From: an uncultured Acidobacteriota bacterium
GTDB lineage: Bacteria > Acidobacteriota > UBA6911
Direction of reading: 5' to 3'
Length of the DNA stretch: 64,000 nt
Assembly (NCBI GenBank): GCA_963843575.1
Contig: CAWJKZ010000012.1
Span: 32,001-96,000, forward strand
Positions 19,987 to 29,724 of this stretch are shown piece by piece; the stretch's first letter is position 1, and each line of letters opens with the position of its first letter. A model generated the notes under the pieces. It was not told the origin of the DNA. It made no database searches and was given only the letters and a program-made list of their open reading frames with translations. The position numbers were made by a program, and so were the translations under genes.

Positions 19987-20715
19987 TTAGCGTTGGGTTC
20001 TGCGGAACTCATCAATCCGGCGGTCGACCCGTTCGGCGTCGCGGCCCTTACCCTCCCGCCTCAAACCGTCCCGGATGCTCTCGAGTTTCTGCAGGAGTTG
20101 GTCGACGTCCTTCTCGTGGTCTTTCCAGAACCGCTCGAGGCTTCCGCCCGCCTGGCGGGCACCCTGGGCGGCGAGAGCCTGCAGCTCCGAGAAGATGGCC
20201 GTGATCTCCTCGCCGCGCGGCGAGGACCGGAATTCTTCGATGGCCTGGCTGGTCTCGTCTTTCAGACGGCGCCAGTACTCGGTGGTCCACCGGGCCGACT
20301 CGGTGAGATCGGAGCCCGGCGGCGGCGTCCTGCCCAGGACTGTCTCGCCGTTCCGGAAGGGTGCGCCTGGCGCGTCGGGGGTCACGAGCTCGATGCCGTT
20401 GTCGCCGACCAACCCGAACAATGCCGTGCGCTTGAGTAAGAACTCGGTTCCGCGCGTGATTCTAGGGGCATACTCGTCCTTCAGCCGGATTCTCACTCCG
20501 ATCTTGTTCTCGACCAGGGGCTCGATCTGATCCACTTTCCCCACGGTAAAGGTACGCCAGACGACGAGGTCGTCCTTCTTGAGCCCGCCGACCTCGTCGA
20601 AGAGCACGGTGAGGCGGAAGGGTTCGTTCGTATTCACGAGCCAGATGACCGTGACGGCGAGTGCCCCCACGACCGCAGTTACGAGCCAGAATCCCTTGTT
20701 CGCGTGGAATGGCAT
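19987..20715 (-). CDS. MCE/MlaD domain protein
   Basis: N-terminal TM; FDEVGGLKKDDLV, VGKVDQI, GLVGDNGIEL; helical tail. Confidence 0.8.
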   Translation of the reverse strand: MPFHANKGFWLVTAVVGALAVTVIWLVNTNEPFRLTVLFDEVGGLKKDDLVVWRTFTVGKVDQIEPLVENKIGVRIRLKDEYAPRITRGTEFLLKRTALFGLVGDNGIELVTPDAPGAPFRNGETVLGRTPPPGSDLTESARWTTEYWRRLKDETSQAIEEFRSSPRGEEITAIFSELQALAAQGARQAGGSLERFWKDHEKDVDQLLQKLESIRDGLRREGKGRDAERVDRRIDEFRRTQR

Positions 20716-20808
20716 GATCGCCTCTCCCCGTCGCTGGTTTGACGGTATGATAACATCGGTTGAGAATCCGCGATCATCGGTTTCATACGCCCGCGCCCGG
20801 AGGGAACG

Positions 20809-21312
20809 ATGGACCTGAGGGACCGTCTCAGAATTGGGGTGATGGGACCGGCCGTGTGCTCCGACGGCATCGCCGCGGTGGCCCGTGAAGTTGGTGGGCT
20901 TATCGCGCGCGCAGGCGGCATCCTGGTGTGCGGCGGTCGCGGAGGGGTCATGGAGGCTGCGGCAGCCGGAGCCAGGGAAGCGGGCGGGATCACGATCGGG
21001 ATCCTGCCGGGCCACGATCCCGACGATGCCAACCCGTACGTGGACATCCCGGTGGCCACCGGCATGGGAGACGCCCGCAACGCGATTAACGCGCTGACCA
21101 GCGAGGCCGTCATCGCCATCCACGGCGGATTCGGGACCCTGTCCGAGATCGCGCTCGCGCTGAAGTGCCTCCGACCGGTCATCGCCCTGGGCTCGTGGTC
21201 GATCACGACGCCCGACGGGGATGCGCCACCCGGGCTAACCCGGGCGCAATCTGCCGAGGAAGCAGTAACCAGGGCGCTGGAGCTCGCCCGGCTCCGCCGC
21301 CGGCGCAGCTGA
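20809..21312 (+). CDS. LOG-like Rossmann-fold protein (TIGR00725-type)
   Basis: CGGRGGVMEAA, IGILPG, TGMGDARN, GGFGTLSEIALA. Confidence 0.85.
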   Translation: MDLRDRLRIGVMGPAVCSDGIAAVAREVGGLIARAGGILVCGGRGGVMEAAAAGAREAGGITIGILPGHDPDDANPYVDIPVATGMGDARNAINALTSEAVIAIHGGFGTLSEIALALKCLRPVIALGSWSITTPDGDAPPGLTRAQSAEEAVTRALELARLRRRRS

Positions 21313-21443
21313 GCGCAGCCGGGGTAAGCAGCGAAACTTTTCCCCGGCGGGCGTGTTCACCTCTTGTGGGGAGGGATGCAGCTCCCCAGTGGGCGCCCTG
21401 CGTGCCCACTCGCAACCCAGGGCGGTGTCGATTGGAAAGCATA

Positions 21444-22070
21444 ATGCGCTGGAACCCGCTGGCGGCTTCGGCCGAAGACGCCCGACTGAACCTGGACGAT
21501 CCCGACGCCGCACTGATGCTTCGGTTCCAGCAGGGAGACCTGGAGGCGTTCGAAGCGCTGTTCGCGCGCCACGTGCGTGCCGTAGTGAATTACGCCTACC
21601 GGTTCGTCCGCAACCGCGACGTCGCCGAGGAACTGGCCCAGGAGGTGTTCCTCCGTATCCACGACGCGGGTGCTACCTACAAGCCCACGGCACGCTTCAC
21701 CACGTGGCTCTATCGGATAGCGACCAACCTCTGTCTCAACGAGATACGGAGGCCCCATTTCCGCGCCCGGCACTCGTCGATTGACGAGTCGCTGGACGGG
21801 GGCACCGCGCAGAATTTCGCCGACACGAACCAGCCCTCGCCCGAGCGGAAGATGGAACGGCAGGAGATCGCCTGTGCGCTGCGCGCAGCGCTGGAGCAAC
21901 TGCCCGAGAAGCAACGGATCGCCTTTGTTTTGAATAAGTACCAGGAATTGTCCTATACCGAGGTCGCCGAGGTGATGCAGGTCAGCGAAAAGGCGGTCAA
22001 ATCCCTGATCCACAGGGCAAAAGAGGGGATGGCAGAACGGCTGCAGCCGCTACTGTCACAATTAGCCTGA
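21444..22070 (+). CDS. ECF sigma-70 factor
   Basis: AEELAQEVFL, FTTWLYRIATN, LPEKQR...LSYTEVA...AVKSLIHRA. Confidence 0.9.
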   Translation: MRWNPLAASAEDARLNLDDPDAALMLRFQQGDLEAFEALFARHVRAVVNYAYRFVRNRDVAEELAQEVFLRIHDAGATYKPTARFTTWLYRIATNLCLNEIRRPHFRARHSSIDESLDGGTAQNFADTNQPSPERKMERQEIACALRAALEQLPEKQRIAFVLNKYQELSYTEVAEVMQVSEKAVKSLIHRAKEGMAERLQPLLSQLA

Positions 22071-22072
22071 AC

Positions 22073-22576
22073 ATGAAATGCGATCTGAGCAGGACCGAGC
22101 TTGAGCAATTCCTGGCCGGCGCGCTGAGCGGCGCGCCATCGCGCCGGGTGCGCGCGCACCTGGCCCATTGTGCTTCCTGTGCAGCGGAGCTGACGCAGCT
22201 GGAGCGCACCGAACTCCTTCCCGCGCTTGACGAAACGGTTCAGCCCGCCGAGGACGTCGGCGCCCGCTTCCACGCCCGGCTCTGGGCACACCGGGCTTCT
22301 GGGCGGGCCGTGCCCCGTTCACAACCGTGGCGGACCATGCTTGCACCCTTGGGCCTGTCCGGCCGTCTGGCTCTGGGCGGAGGCCTTGCGGCGCTGGCCG
22401 TCGGCGCGGTGCTCCTCCAACACCGGCAACCGGTGGCGACGGTCCCCCAAGTCGATACCGCCATCGCGGAGTACCTCCCGCTCTACGAAGACATGGGGGT
22501 AATCCACTATCTGGACCTGCTGGAAAACTTCGACGACATCGAAGGCATGGCGGACTCTGATGCCGGGAGAAAATAG
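22073..22576 (+). CDS. Zinc-binding membrane anti-sigma factor
   Basis: HLAHCASC (HxxxCxxC), one TM segment, directly after the ECF gene. Confidence 0.85.
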   Translation: MKCDLSRTELEQFLAGALSGAPSRRVRAHLAHCASCAAELTQLERTELLPALDETVQPAEDVGARFHARLWAHRASGRAVPRSQPWRTMLAPLGLSGRLALGGGLAALAVGAVLLQHRQPVATVPQVDTAIAEYLPLYEDMGVIHYLDLLENFDDIEGMADSDAGRK

Positions 22577-22895
22577 ACAAGGGGCGTTCGACGTCGCCCG
22601 ATGCGTCGTTTCAGCCCTGATCCTGGCCCTCTGGGCCGGCTTGGATTGTCCGGCTCAGCAGAGCCGGGGTGCAAAAACGGCCGGGACGAAGACGGGGCTT
22701 TCAGAAGAAGAGAAGCAGATCCTGCGTGATCGCGAATTGCTGGAGAATATGGAACTACTCGGCAACTTCGAACAAGTGCGATATCTCGAGTTCTTCACCC
22801 TGGGCACACCCATCGACACGGCGTCAAAACCGCCGGACGCAGGCACAGGCAACAAAGACAAGGCAGTCAAAAATGGCACCAAGAAAAAGAGCTAG
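22560..22895 (+). CDS. Small secreted hypothetical protein in the ECF operon
   Basis: Hydrophobic N-terminus; ELLENMELLGNFE motif; overlaps both neighbours. Confidence 0.6.
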   Translation: MPGENRQGAFDVARCVVSALILALWAGLDCPAQQSRGAKTAGTKTGLSEEEKQILRDRELLENMELLGNFEQVRYLEFFTLGTPIDTASKPPDAGTGNKDKAVKNGTKKKS

Positions 22896-23403
22896 GCTGC
22901 GAAATCTTTTCCGAACTGGGGCTGTCGCCGCCCTGCTCGCCTGCGTGGCGCCGGCCGTACCCGCGCAGGAGCCAGATCCCACCCGGGCCGACGACTGGAA
23001 CAGGCTGACGCCGGAGCAGCGCCAGCAGCTGCGCGAGCGTTATCAGTCCTTCAAGTCGCTGTCCCCGGAACAGCAGCAGGAACTCAGGGACAGTCTCGAA
23101 CAGTTGCGGCGCATGTCTCCTGAAGAACGAAGGAGAATCCGGGAAAACTACCAGGCGTTCCAGCGGCTCGACCCCGAGCAGAAACGCGTGCTGCAGCAAA
23201 ATTTTCTCCGTTGGCGGCAGATCGGACCGCAACGGCGGGAACAGCTGCGTAGGAACTACCGGCGCTTCCTCCAGATGAACCCGTCACAGCGCGAACGCTT
23301 TCTCCGGAACTACCGGGCATGGCGCCAGTTGTCACCCGAGGAGCGCACCCGTATACGCCGGGCACGCCGCATGGGCTCCGCCCCCAGCCAGGACAAACCT
23401 TAG
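22873..23403 (+). CDS. DUF3106-like periplasmic helical-repeat protein
   Basis: Signal peptide; repeated W/FxxLxPEQ(R/Q) units. Confidence 0.8.
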   Translation: MAPRKRARLRNLFRTGAVAALLACVAPAVPAQEPDPTRADDWNRLTPEQRQQLRERYQSFKSLSPEQQQELRDSLEQLRRMSPEERRRIRENYQAFQRLDPEQKRVLQQNFLRWRQIGPQRREQLRRNYRRFLQMNPSQRERFLRNYRAWRQLSPEERTRIRRARRMGSAPSQDKP

Positions 23404-23492
23404 TATTTTTCAGGACGCGGATTTGCGCGGATCCACACGGATCGACCTGGCGACAGGCCGCGTCCGGCATTCCGCGTGAATCCGTTGAATCC
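23402..23492. repeat. cgcggat-type repeat, related to the 26608 and 54898 elements
   Basis: gtatttttcaggacgcggatttgcgcggatccacacggatc ... tccgcgtgaatccgttgaatcc. Confidence 0.65.
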
Positions 23493-23565
23493 ATGAGTTC
23501 CGCCTGCTGCTCCTTGCTTCTACCTTCCGAGATTTGCTTTAATGCTCACTTGCCCGAGGAGTGCG

Positions 23566-24090
23566 ATGCCGCGTTCGAGGCTCACCAATCCGGTCAGGGA
23601 TCATAAGGCCGCCGCAACCGCCGTCGCGCGCGTAGCGATCGTCACCCTGTCGAGTACGAGATCCCTGGCAAACGACCAGTCGGGAAACATCCTGCAGGAG
23701 CTGCTGGAAGGGGCCGGACACTCGGTGGCGGTGAGGAAACTGATTCCGGACAGCGCCACCGTCCTCCGCGCCACGCTGCGCGGGCTGATCCGCCAAGACG
23801 ATGTGGATGCAGTACTTACCACGGGAGGAACCGGCCTGGCCGCGTCGGACGTGACGGTGGAGACCGTCCGGGCTATGCTCGAGAAAGAGATGCCAGGATT
23901 CACCGCCCTCTTCATGCTGCTGAGTTATCCTCAGGTGAAGAGCGCGGCCATGCTCTCGCGGGCGGTCGCGGGGACGATCGGAGGAAAGCCGGTTTTCTGC
24001 CTACCGGGAAGCCCCAGGGCCTGCAAGCTGGCCGCCGAGTCACTCATCATTCCCGAACTCGGGCACCTCCTCAAGGTCGCGGGGAGCTGA
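23566..24090 (+). CDS. moaB: Molybdopterin adenylyltransferase, MoaB/MogA family
   Basis: DQSG, LTTGGTG, DVTVE, KEMPGF, AMLSRA, CLPGSP. Confidence 0.9.
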   Translation: MPRSRLTNPVRDHKAAATAVARVAIVTLSSTRSLANDQSGNILQELLEGAGHSVAVRKLIPDSATVLRATLRGLIRQDDVDAVLTTGGTGLAASDVTVETVRAMLEKEMPGFTALFMLLSYPQVKSAAMLSRAVAGTIGGKPVFCLPGSPRACKLAAESLIIPELGHLLKVAGS

Positions 24091-24771
24091 ATGCCATCCC
24101 AACCTTGCTGGTCACGCCGCGTTTTTCTGTTCGATCTCGACGGCACCCTGGTCGATTCCAGGGCGGACATCTCGCGTTCGCTCAACTTAGCCCTGGCCGG
24201 GTTGGGCCTTCCACTCCTGACGGTCGACCGCGCGTGCGATTTCGTGGGCGACGGGGTCCAGATGCTGATCCGGCGGACCCTGCACGAAGTGTTGCGACGA
24301 CCGCCCGAACCAACCGAGACGGAAAGGCTGCGTGAGAATTACCTGCGCGAATACGAAACCCACATGCTCGATGACACGCGCCTCTATCCTGGGGTGAAGG
24401 AACTGCTCGACACCCTGTCCTGGGGAACTTTCGGCGTGGTCAGCAACAAACCGGAACGGTTCTCCCGGCGCATCCTCGACGAGTTGGGAGTGGGAAAACG
24501 GTTCGGTGTGATCATGGGAGGGGACAGCGTACCCCAACGCAAACCGGATCCCGCGCCGCTGCTGGAGGCCCTGAGACGCTGCGGCGGCGTGCCCTCCGAG
24601 GGCGCCATGATTGGGGACAGCCCGGTGGACGTGGTGGCCGGGAAAGCCGCCGGGATGGTCACCTGCGCCTTTACCGGAGGTTTTCGTTCCCGGGAGGAGT
24701 TGAGCGCTGCAGGTGCGGACGTCATGGTCGAAACGATGTCGGAGGTTGCACGGTATTTCCGGGCGCCCTAA
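24091..24771 (+). CDS. gph: HAD phosphatase, phosphoglycolate phosphatase-like
   Basis: FDLDGTLVDS, VSNKP, KPDP, IGDSPVD. Confidence 0.8.
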   Translation: MPSQPCWSRRVFLFDLDGTLVDSRADISRSLNLALAGLGLPLLTVDRACDFVGDGVQMLIRRTLHEVLRRPPEPTETERLRENYLREYETHMLDDTRLYPGVKELLDTLSWGTFGVVSNKPERFSRRILDELGVGKRFGVIMGGDSVPQRKPDPAPLLEALRRCGGVPSEGAMIGDSPVDVVAGKAAGMVTCAFTGGFRSREELSAAGADVMVETMSEVARYFRAP

Positions 24772-24779
24772 CCTCCAGG

Positions 24780-25547
24780 TTACTTCGGCGGTCCGAATTC
24801 TATCGTCGCCTTCGAACCGAAGCGTTTGTAGTTCTCGTACGTGATCGTTTCTTCGATCCTGACCGTCTGCCCCGGGAAACGGAGGTTGCTGTCGGCGTGG
24901 GTCCAGACGGGAAACCAGTACTTCTCGTCGACGATCTGCCGGATCGTTTCGAATTCCGGGGACTGGTTTTCGGCCTTCTGCGGGACGGGCTTGCCGACAG
25001 TGCGCACTATCTGCAGGTCCTGATCGTCGACCCAGATCCTGCCCTGGAAATACTGGAAGGTGTTAGCTCCCCGGGTGCTCTTGGGCTTCACCGAAAAGAC
25101 ATAACAGTCGAGCTCGTCCACCCGCTCCTTCGTCTCGTATTTCAGTTCATAGAGCGGGAGGTCTTTGGCGGTGAGGGCGAAGGGCTGCAGGTTGTTCAGG
25201 ACTTCGGCGTCCTCGGAAGTCCAGCCCACGCTGCGGAGTCCTCCACGTCTCTCCGTGACCCGCACCTCGCGCGTCCCATCATCCCGAAACACCACGTCGG
25301 ACACCATGGTCATGCGTTCCGGCCTTCTGGGCTCGTACCCGTTCACGGAAACGATCCGGATGTCGGCAAACTGCCGGTACGTGTACTGCATCCACGCCTC
25401 GTAGAACTCGCTTTCCTTCTCGGCAAAGGCTTTGATGATTTCCTCGGGCGCGAGCTTCTTCGAGGCCGCATCCCGCGGAGCCTGCGCGCCCGAGACACCG
25501 GCCAACAGCAGAACGGACATGATCGAAGCAAGCAGTCGGGCAGCCAC
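24780..25547 (-). CDS. Secreted beta-rich hypothetical protein
   Basis: GTG start after GAAGGGGG; signal peptide; FQGRIWVDDQDLQIV, YWFP. Confidence 0.7.
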   Translation of the reverse strand: MAARLLASIMSVLLLAGVSGAQAPRDAASKKLAPEEIIKAFAEKESEFYEAWMQYTYRQFADIRIVSVNGYEPRRPERMTMVSDVVFRDDGTREVRVTERRGGLRSVGWTSEDAEVLNNLQPFALTAKDLPLYELKYETKERVDELDCYVFSVKPKSTRGANTFQYFQGRIWVDDQDLQIVRTVGKPVPQKAENQSPEFETIRQIVDEKYWFPVWTHADSNLRFPGQTVRIEETITYENYKRFGSKATIEFGPPK

Positions 25548-25688
25548 GTATCCCCCTTCGAGAACATTGGTATAGATCAATCAGTGCAACATTGGTTTCA
25601 TAAATAATCCAATTGATTGTACAGCCCGAACTGCGGCGGTTCGACCTGGATCTTTCACGTTCCGGGTATACCGAAAATCAAAAGGCGT

Positions 25689-25785
25689 GCCACAGAAAAC
25701 ACCGAAGGACACGGAAGACTCGCCAGACAAGTGCCACGGCAAGCCAGCGTACAGGATTCCGTGTTCTTCCGCGTCCCTCCGCGGC
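25689..25785. repeat. Intergenic imperfect inverted repeat
   Basis: gccacagaaaacaccgaaggacacggaa ... ttccgtgttcttccgcgtccctccgcggc. Confidence 0.55.
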
Positions 25786-25844
25786 GAGGTTCCGATTTTT
25801 CGGATTCTTTGACCGACTGGTGGCGATGCACTAAAGTAAAACGG

Positions 25845-26606
25845 ATGCGCCGCGCCGCCCTGAGCAACATCGTCATCGTACTCGTCCGCACAAAACACCC
25901 GGGTAACATCGGATCGGCCGCCCGGGCGATGAACAACATGGGGATAGGCGAGCTCCGACTGGCAGCTCCCCAGTGCGAGGTGGCGTCGGGCGAGGCACGC
26001 CGCCTCGCCCGCGCCGGAGAAGGGATTCTCGACCGGGCCAAGGTATACGACTCCGTCGCGTCAGCCATTCGGGATCTGCGGCTGGTCGTCGGCACCTCGG
26101 GCAAGACGGGAGGAAACCGTGAGTTGGTCTACAGCCCGCGCGAGCTTGCCCCCCGCGTGGCAGCCCAGGCAGCCGAGGGCAGAACGGGAATTCTCTTCGG
26201 GCCGGAGGACACGGGTCTGACGGACGAGGATATCCTGCCGTGCCAGCTCCTGCTGCGGATTCCGACCGATCCGAAGGCCCGAAGCATAAACCTCGCCCAG
26301 GCGGTGATGATTGTCTGTTACGAGATCTTCCTCGCCCAACTCAGTCGGGAACCGGCGCGGGTGGTCCGGGGAGCGCCGGCTGAGCAGGTCGAGGCGATGT
26401 ACGCGCAGCTGGAGCATGCCCTGCTGGACATCGGGTTTCTGCACCCGCAAAACGCGCGTCACATGATGTTTGCGCTGCGGCGCATGTTGGGCCGCGCGGG
26501 GCTTGAGAAATCGGACGTCGGCGTGTTGCGCGGCATCGCGCGGCAGATCGGCTGGTATTCGGCCCACGGCGCCGGCCGGAGGCCGGAACCGGCCAACCGG
26601 CGCTGA
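25845..26606 (+). CDS. trmJ: TrmJ-family tRNA 2'-O-methyltransferase (SPOUT)
   Basis: HPGNIGSAARAMNNMG, FGPEDTGL, SINLAQAV, VLRGIARQ. Confidence 0.85.
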   Translation: MRRAALSNIVIVLVRTKHPGNIGSAARAMNNMGIGELRLAAPQCEVASGEARRLARAGEGILDRAKVYDSVASAIRDLRLVVGTSGKTGGNRELVYSPRELAPRVAAQAAEGRTGILFGPEDTGLTDEDILPCQLLLRIPTDPKARSINLAQAVMIVCYEIFLAQLSREPARVVRGAPAEQVEAMYAQLEHALLDIGFLHPQNARHMMFALRRMLGRAGLEKSDVGVLRGIARQIGWYSAHGAGRRPEPANRR

Positions 26607-26607
26607 T

Positions 26608-26668
26608 GTTCACAAATGCGCTAACGTATTTCTCAGGACGCGGATTTGCGCGGATTTGCGCGGATTCC
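26608..26668. repeat. Partial family B MITE end
   Basis: gttcacaaatgcgctaacgtatttctcaggacgcggat matches the reverse complement of 55082-55116. Confidence 0.7.
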
Positions 26669-26694
26669 CACGTCAACCCAAGTGCCGTGCGCTT

Positions 26695-27294
26695 ATGCTC
26701 GAATCCCTGGCTGAGTATGTCGCTTCGCTGACCCCGTTCTGGTTTTATGCGTTCCTATTCGCGAGCGCTTACGTGGAGAACGTGTTTCCACCGGTACCGG
26801 GCGACACGGTGACGATCTTCGCGGCATACCTAGCGGGGAGGGCCCACGGCAGCTTCACCGGGGTGCTCGTTTCCACCACGCTCGGCAGCCTCGCCGGCTT
26901 CATGACATACTACGCGCTCGGCCGGCTGATTCCGCGGGACTATTTCGTCCGCAAGAACTTCCGCTTCCTGCCGGCCTCCGGTTTCACGACCGCCTGGTCC
27001 TGGTTCCAGAAGTACGGGTACTGGGTGGTCCTGTTGAACCGGTTTTTTTCCGGCGTGAGGTCGGCGATCTCCATCGTGTGCGGGTTGTACCGTCTGCCGT
27101 GGCCGCGGGTCCTTGCCCTGGCAGCAATCGGCTGCGGGCTGTGGAACGCAGCCCTAATTTACGCGGGCTACGCGGCGGGAAAGAACTGGCAGGTGGTAGA
27201 CAGGATCGTGCGGGAGTACAGCACCCTGATGCTGGTAGTCCTCGTCGCGGGTGCCGCCGCGTGGTTCGTCCGCCGCCGCTTGCGGCGCGGATAG
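26695..27294 (+). CDS. dedA: DedA family membrane protein
   Basis: ENVFPPVPGD, YALGR, RFFSGVR, LWNAAL. Confidence 0.85.
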   Translation: MLESLAEYVASLTPFWFYAFLFASAYVENVFPPVPGDTVTIFAAYLAGRAHGSFTGVLVSTTLGSLAGFMTYYALGRLIPRDYFVRKNFRFLPASGFTTAWSWFQKYGYWVVLLNRFFSGVRSAISIVCGLYRLPWPRVLALAAIGCGLWNAALIYAGYAAGKNWQVVDRIVREYSTLMLVVLVAGAAAWFVRRRLRRG

Positions 27295-27344
27295 TCGCGG
27301 GTCCATCTCAGAGGCTCGAGCCGGAAAAACCGCGGCCGCGCGGA

Positions 27345-28037
27345 TTACTTCGAGCGCGGCGGGGCGAGCTTGTCGATCGTCAGGCGGAAGCCAGGCTGTC
27401 CCTGCACCGTCTTCCAGGGCACCCCGAAGGAACCAAGGAGCAGCTTCTCGTTGGCCGATTGAACGTTTCCCGCCGAATCCGTGTACTGGAACACGGTCAA
27501 CCGGTAGGTGTTGGCCGTCGCGAGTCCGCCCGTGCGTTCGTAGGAATACGTACCCGCGAACTTCCCGACCTGCTTCCCCGTCTTGTCGATAACGTCGACA
27601 TCCAGCAGGGAGTCGGCAGGAAGAAACTTCAGCAGTGAATTCGTCAGCGGGAGATACGCTTCGGGCTTCTTCAGGAAGAAGACCTTGTCAAAGGGGAGGG
27701 CCCGGGCGGAAAAAGCGCCGGCGAGGATCGCGTTGAAGTCGTCGGCCGACAGGGTGACGGCGGCGCGGATCGGCTGGAGTTGCGCGGCCAGACCTTGCCA
27801 GTCCACTCTATCCGCTGCTTCGTTGACGCACCGGTCGACATCCTGCCAGCGGATCATGCGGGGCTTGCCTCCGGCTTTCACCTTGCAGGGGAGCCCTGCC
27901 GCCGCACTCTCGTAGGCGGCGGCGATTAGCCCATCCAGCTTTTCCTTGAACTCCCGGGGAAGCTCCTGGGACGGGCCTGGCGCAGCGTTGAGCAGCAGGG
28001 CAAACAGGGCGGCAGGAACGAATCGGTATCGGAGCAT
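27345..28037 (-). CDS. Secreted hypothetical protein
   Basis: Signal peptide; clean ORF following the HEAT gene. Confidence 0.65.
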   Translation of the reverse strand: MLRYRFVPAALFALLLNAAPGPSQELPREFKEKLDGLIAAAYESAAAGLPCKVKAGGKPRMIRWQDVDRCVNEAADRVDWQGLAAQLQPIRAAVTLSADDFNAILAGAFSARALPFDKVFFLKKPEAYLPLTNSLLKFLPADSLLDVDVIDKTGKQVGKFAGTYSYERTGGLATANTYRLTVFQYTDSAGNVQSANEKLLLGSFGVPWKTVQGQPGFRLTIDKLAPPRSK

Positions 28038-28088
28038 GGTCACCTTCGGTTGTCTGATGGCGTCGTTTACATTGGGGAAGGGCCGCGT

Positions 28089-28949
28089 CTACGGTCGGCG
28101 CAACGCGAGCTTCTTCACCCCCATCTCGGCGGCCGCAGCGACGCTGGCGTCCTTGTCCCGGGTGAGAGGCTGGAGTTGGCGGATGTTTTCCACGTCGCCC
28201 ATGAGCGCGACTGCCACGGCGGCGCTTTGGCGCACCCCGGGGTGCGGATCCTTGAGCGCAAGGAGTATTTTAGGCAGTGCCGCGTGTACCCCGGTCCCGG
28301 CCAGAGCCTCGATAGCCGCCACCCTCACCTCGGGAGCGGCGTCATCGAGCGCTTTCGTGATCGCCTCCACGAACGCATCCCCTTTCACGGCAGCCAGGAC
28401 CTCGATCGCCTTCTGGCGCACATCGACATCCTCGCTTTCCTCGAGGACCTTCACAGCCTGTTCCGGCGTGTCGACGGTGTCGTCCCCCGTCCGGGTGATG
28501 GTGCCGGACCCGATATAGCGCAGGCTGGCCTGCTGCGGCTTGTTTCCCCGGGGAAAGATCCGGACGAACATGATCCGGCTCTGGCCGGACTCGTCGCGCG
28601 AATAGTAGAAGATCGAGTTGAAGTCGTCGGCCAGTCGCTCGACAGCCTCCTTGATAGATATACGGGAGAAGGTCACCGTTACCGGGGTAGCCTCCTGCGC
28701 CGCGAGCTCAAACACGAGGCCGGTGCGCGCCGCGAGTTCGTCGAGAACCTGCGGCAGGGGCGTCGACACGATCTGGGCGGTCACCTGTTCCTGCTCCACC
28801 CGAATCTTCATGGAGGCAGGAGAGGTCGGAGGCGGTGGGGTCGGCCGCGCATTCGCGAAAGGGTTCTGCTGGCGTACGACCTGGGCCGCCGCACCCCCTG
28901 GAAGCAAGGCGGCAATAACCGACAGGTAGAGGATCGCGCGGGCCATCAT
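28089..28949 (-). CDS. Secreted HEAT-repeat protein with an STN/secretin-N-like N-terminal domain
   Basis: PLPQVLDELAARTGL...VTVTFSRISIKEAVERL; EVRVAAIEALA and VRQSAAVAV repeats. Confidence 0.7.
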   Translation of the reverse strand: MMARAILYLSVIAALLPGGAAAQVVRQQNPFANARPTPPPPTSPASMKIRVEQEQVTAQIVSTPLPQVLDELAARTGLVFELAAQEATPVTVTFSRISIKEAVERLADDFNSIFYYSRDESGQSRIMFVRIFPRGNKPQQASLRYIGSGTITRTGDDTVDTPEQAVKVLEESEDVDVRQKAIEVLAAVKGDAFVEAITKALDDAAPEVRVAAIEALAGTGVHAALPKILLALKDPHPGVRQSAAVAVALMGDVENIRQLQPLTRDKDASVAAAAEMGVKKLALRRP

Positions 28950-29275
28950 TACTCCTCGCCCGCCGGCACCTCTTCACGGATCTTCATGAACTTTTCGAAT
29001 CGATACATCGTGAAGAGATTGCGGAGCTTGCGGTTGGGATTGATGAGGACGAGTTCACCGTGGCGGTCGCGCATCATCTTGAAGAGTCGCAGCACCTCGC
29101 CGATACCCGAACTGTCCATGAAAGGAACATCCTTGAAGTCGATGACCACCTCTCGGACGCCGGCTTCCAGCACGGGATCGAGGTTGTGCTGCAACTGCGG
29201 GCAGTGCTCAAATGTGATCTTGTCCCTGATGCGCACGATTCGCCGTTCGCCGCGCGATTCGACTTGGATCTCCAT
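28949..29275 (-). CDS. STAS anti-sigma factor antagonist
   Basis: IDFKDVPFMDSSGIG. Confidence 0.9.
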   Translation of the reverse strand: MEIQVESRGERRIVRIRDKITFEHCPQLQHNLDPVLEAGVREVVIDFKDVPFMDSSGIGEVLRLFKMMRDRHGELVLINPNRKLRNLFTMYRFEKFMKIREEVPAGEE

Positions 29276-29334
29276 GGTTTTCCGGCGAGAATAGTGTCAC
29301 ATTTCCGGGACTGGAGCAAGCCCACATACCCGTT

Positions 29335-29724
29335 ATGGCATCAAGGTTTATCGTTCACCGCCACAGCACCGGGCGGACACATTTCGACCTCCGGCTCGTC
29401 GAAGGCCCGCGCCTGCGCTGCTGGTCGCTGCTGCGCGAACCTCCTTTGAACACCGGACAGTCGAGGCTGGCGATCGAGAGGGAGAGCTTTGCCCCCGAGG
29501 CCATAGAAGCCAGAAGGTTCGAGGAAGAGGCCTTCGGGCTCGGCAAGGTCCGGACGTGGGACGAGGGGAGCGTCGAGATTTCCGCCGTGTCCCCCCGCCA
29601 CCTCGTGCTCCTGTTCGCCGGCGGGAAGCTATCGGGCCGCTACGACATGCGCAAAATGCGGTGGTACCCGGGCAATCGATGGCTGCTCGAAAAGGCCGGA
29701 TCTTCCACGGGGAATTTGGCTTGA
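29335..29724 (+). CDS. Stand-alone LigD 3'-phosphoesterase-like protein (divergent)
   Basis: FIVHRH...HFDLRL...W...RLAI...G..V.TWDEG...GKLSGRY. Confidence 0.75.
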   Translation: MASRFIVHRHSTGRTHFDLRLVEGPRLRCWSLLREPPLNTGQSRLAIERESFAPEAIEARRFEEEAFGLGKVRTWDEGSVEISAVSPRHLVLLFAGGKLSGRYDMRKMRWYPGNRWLLEKAGSSTGNLA

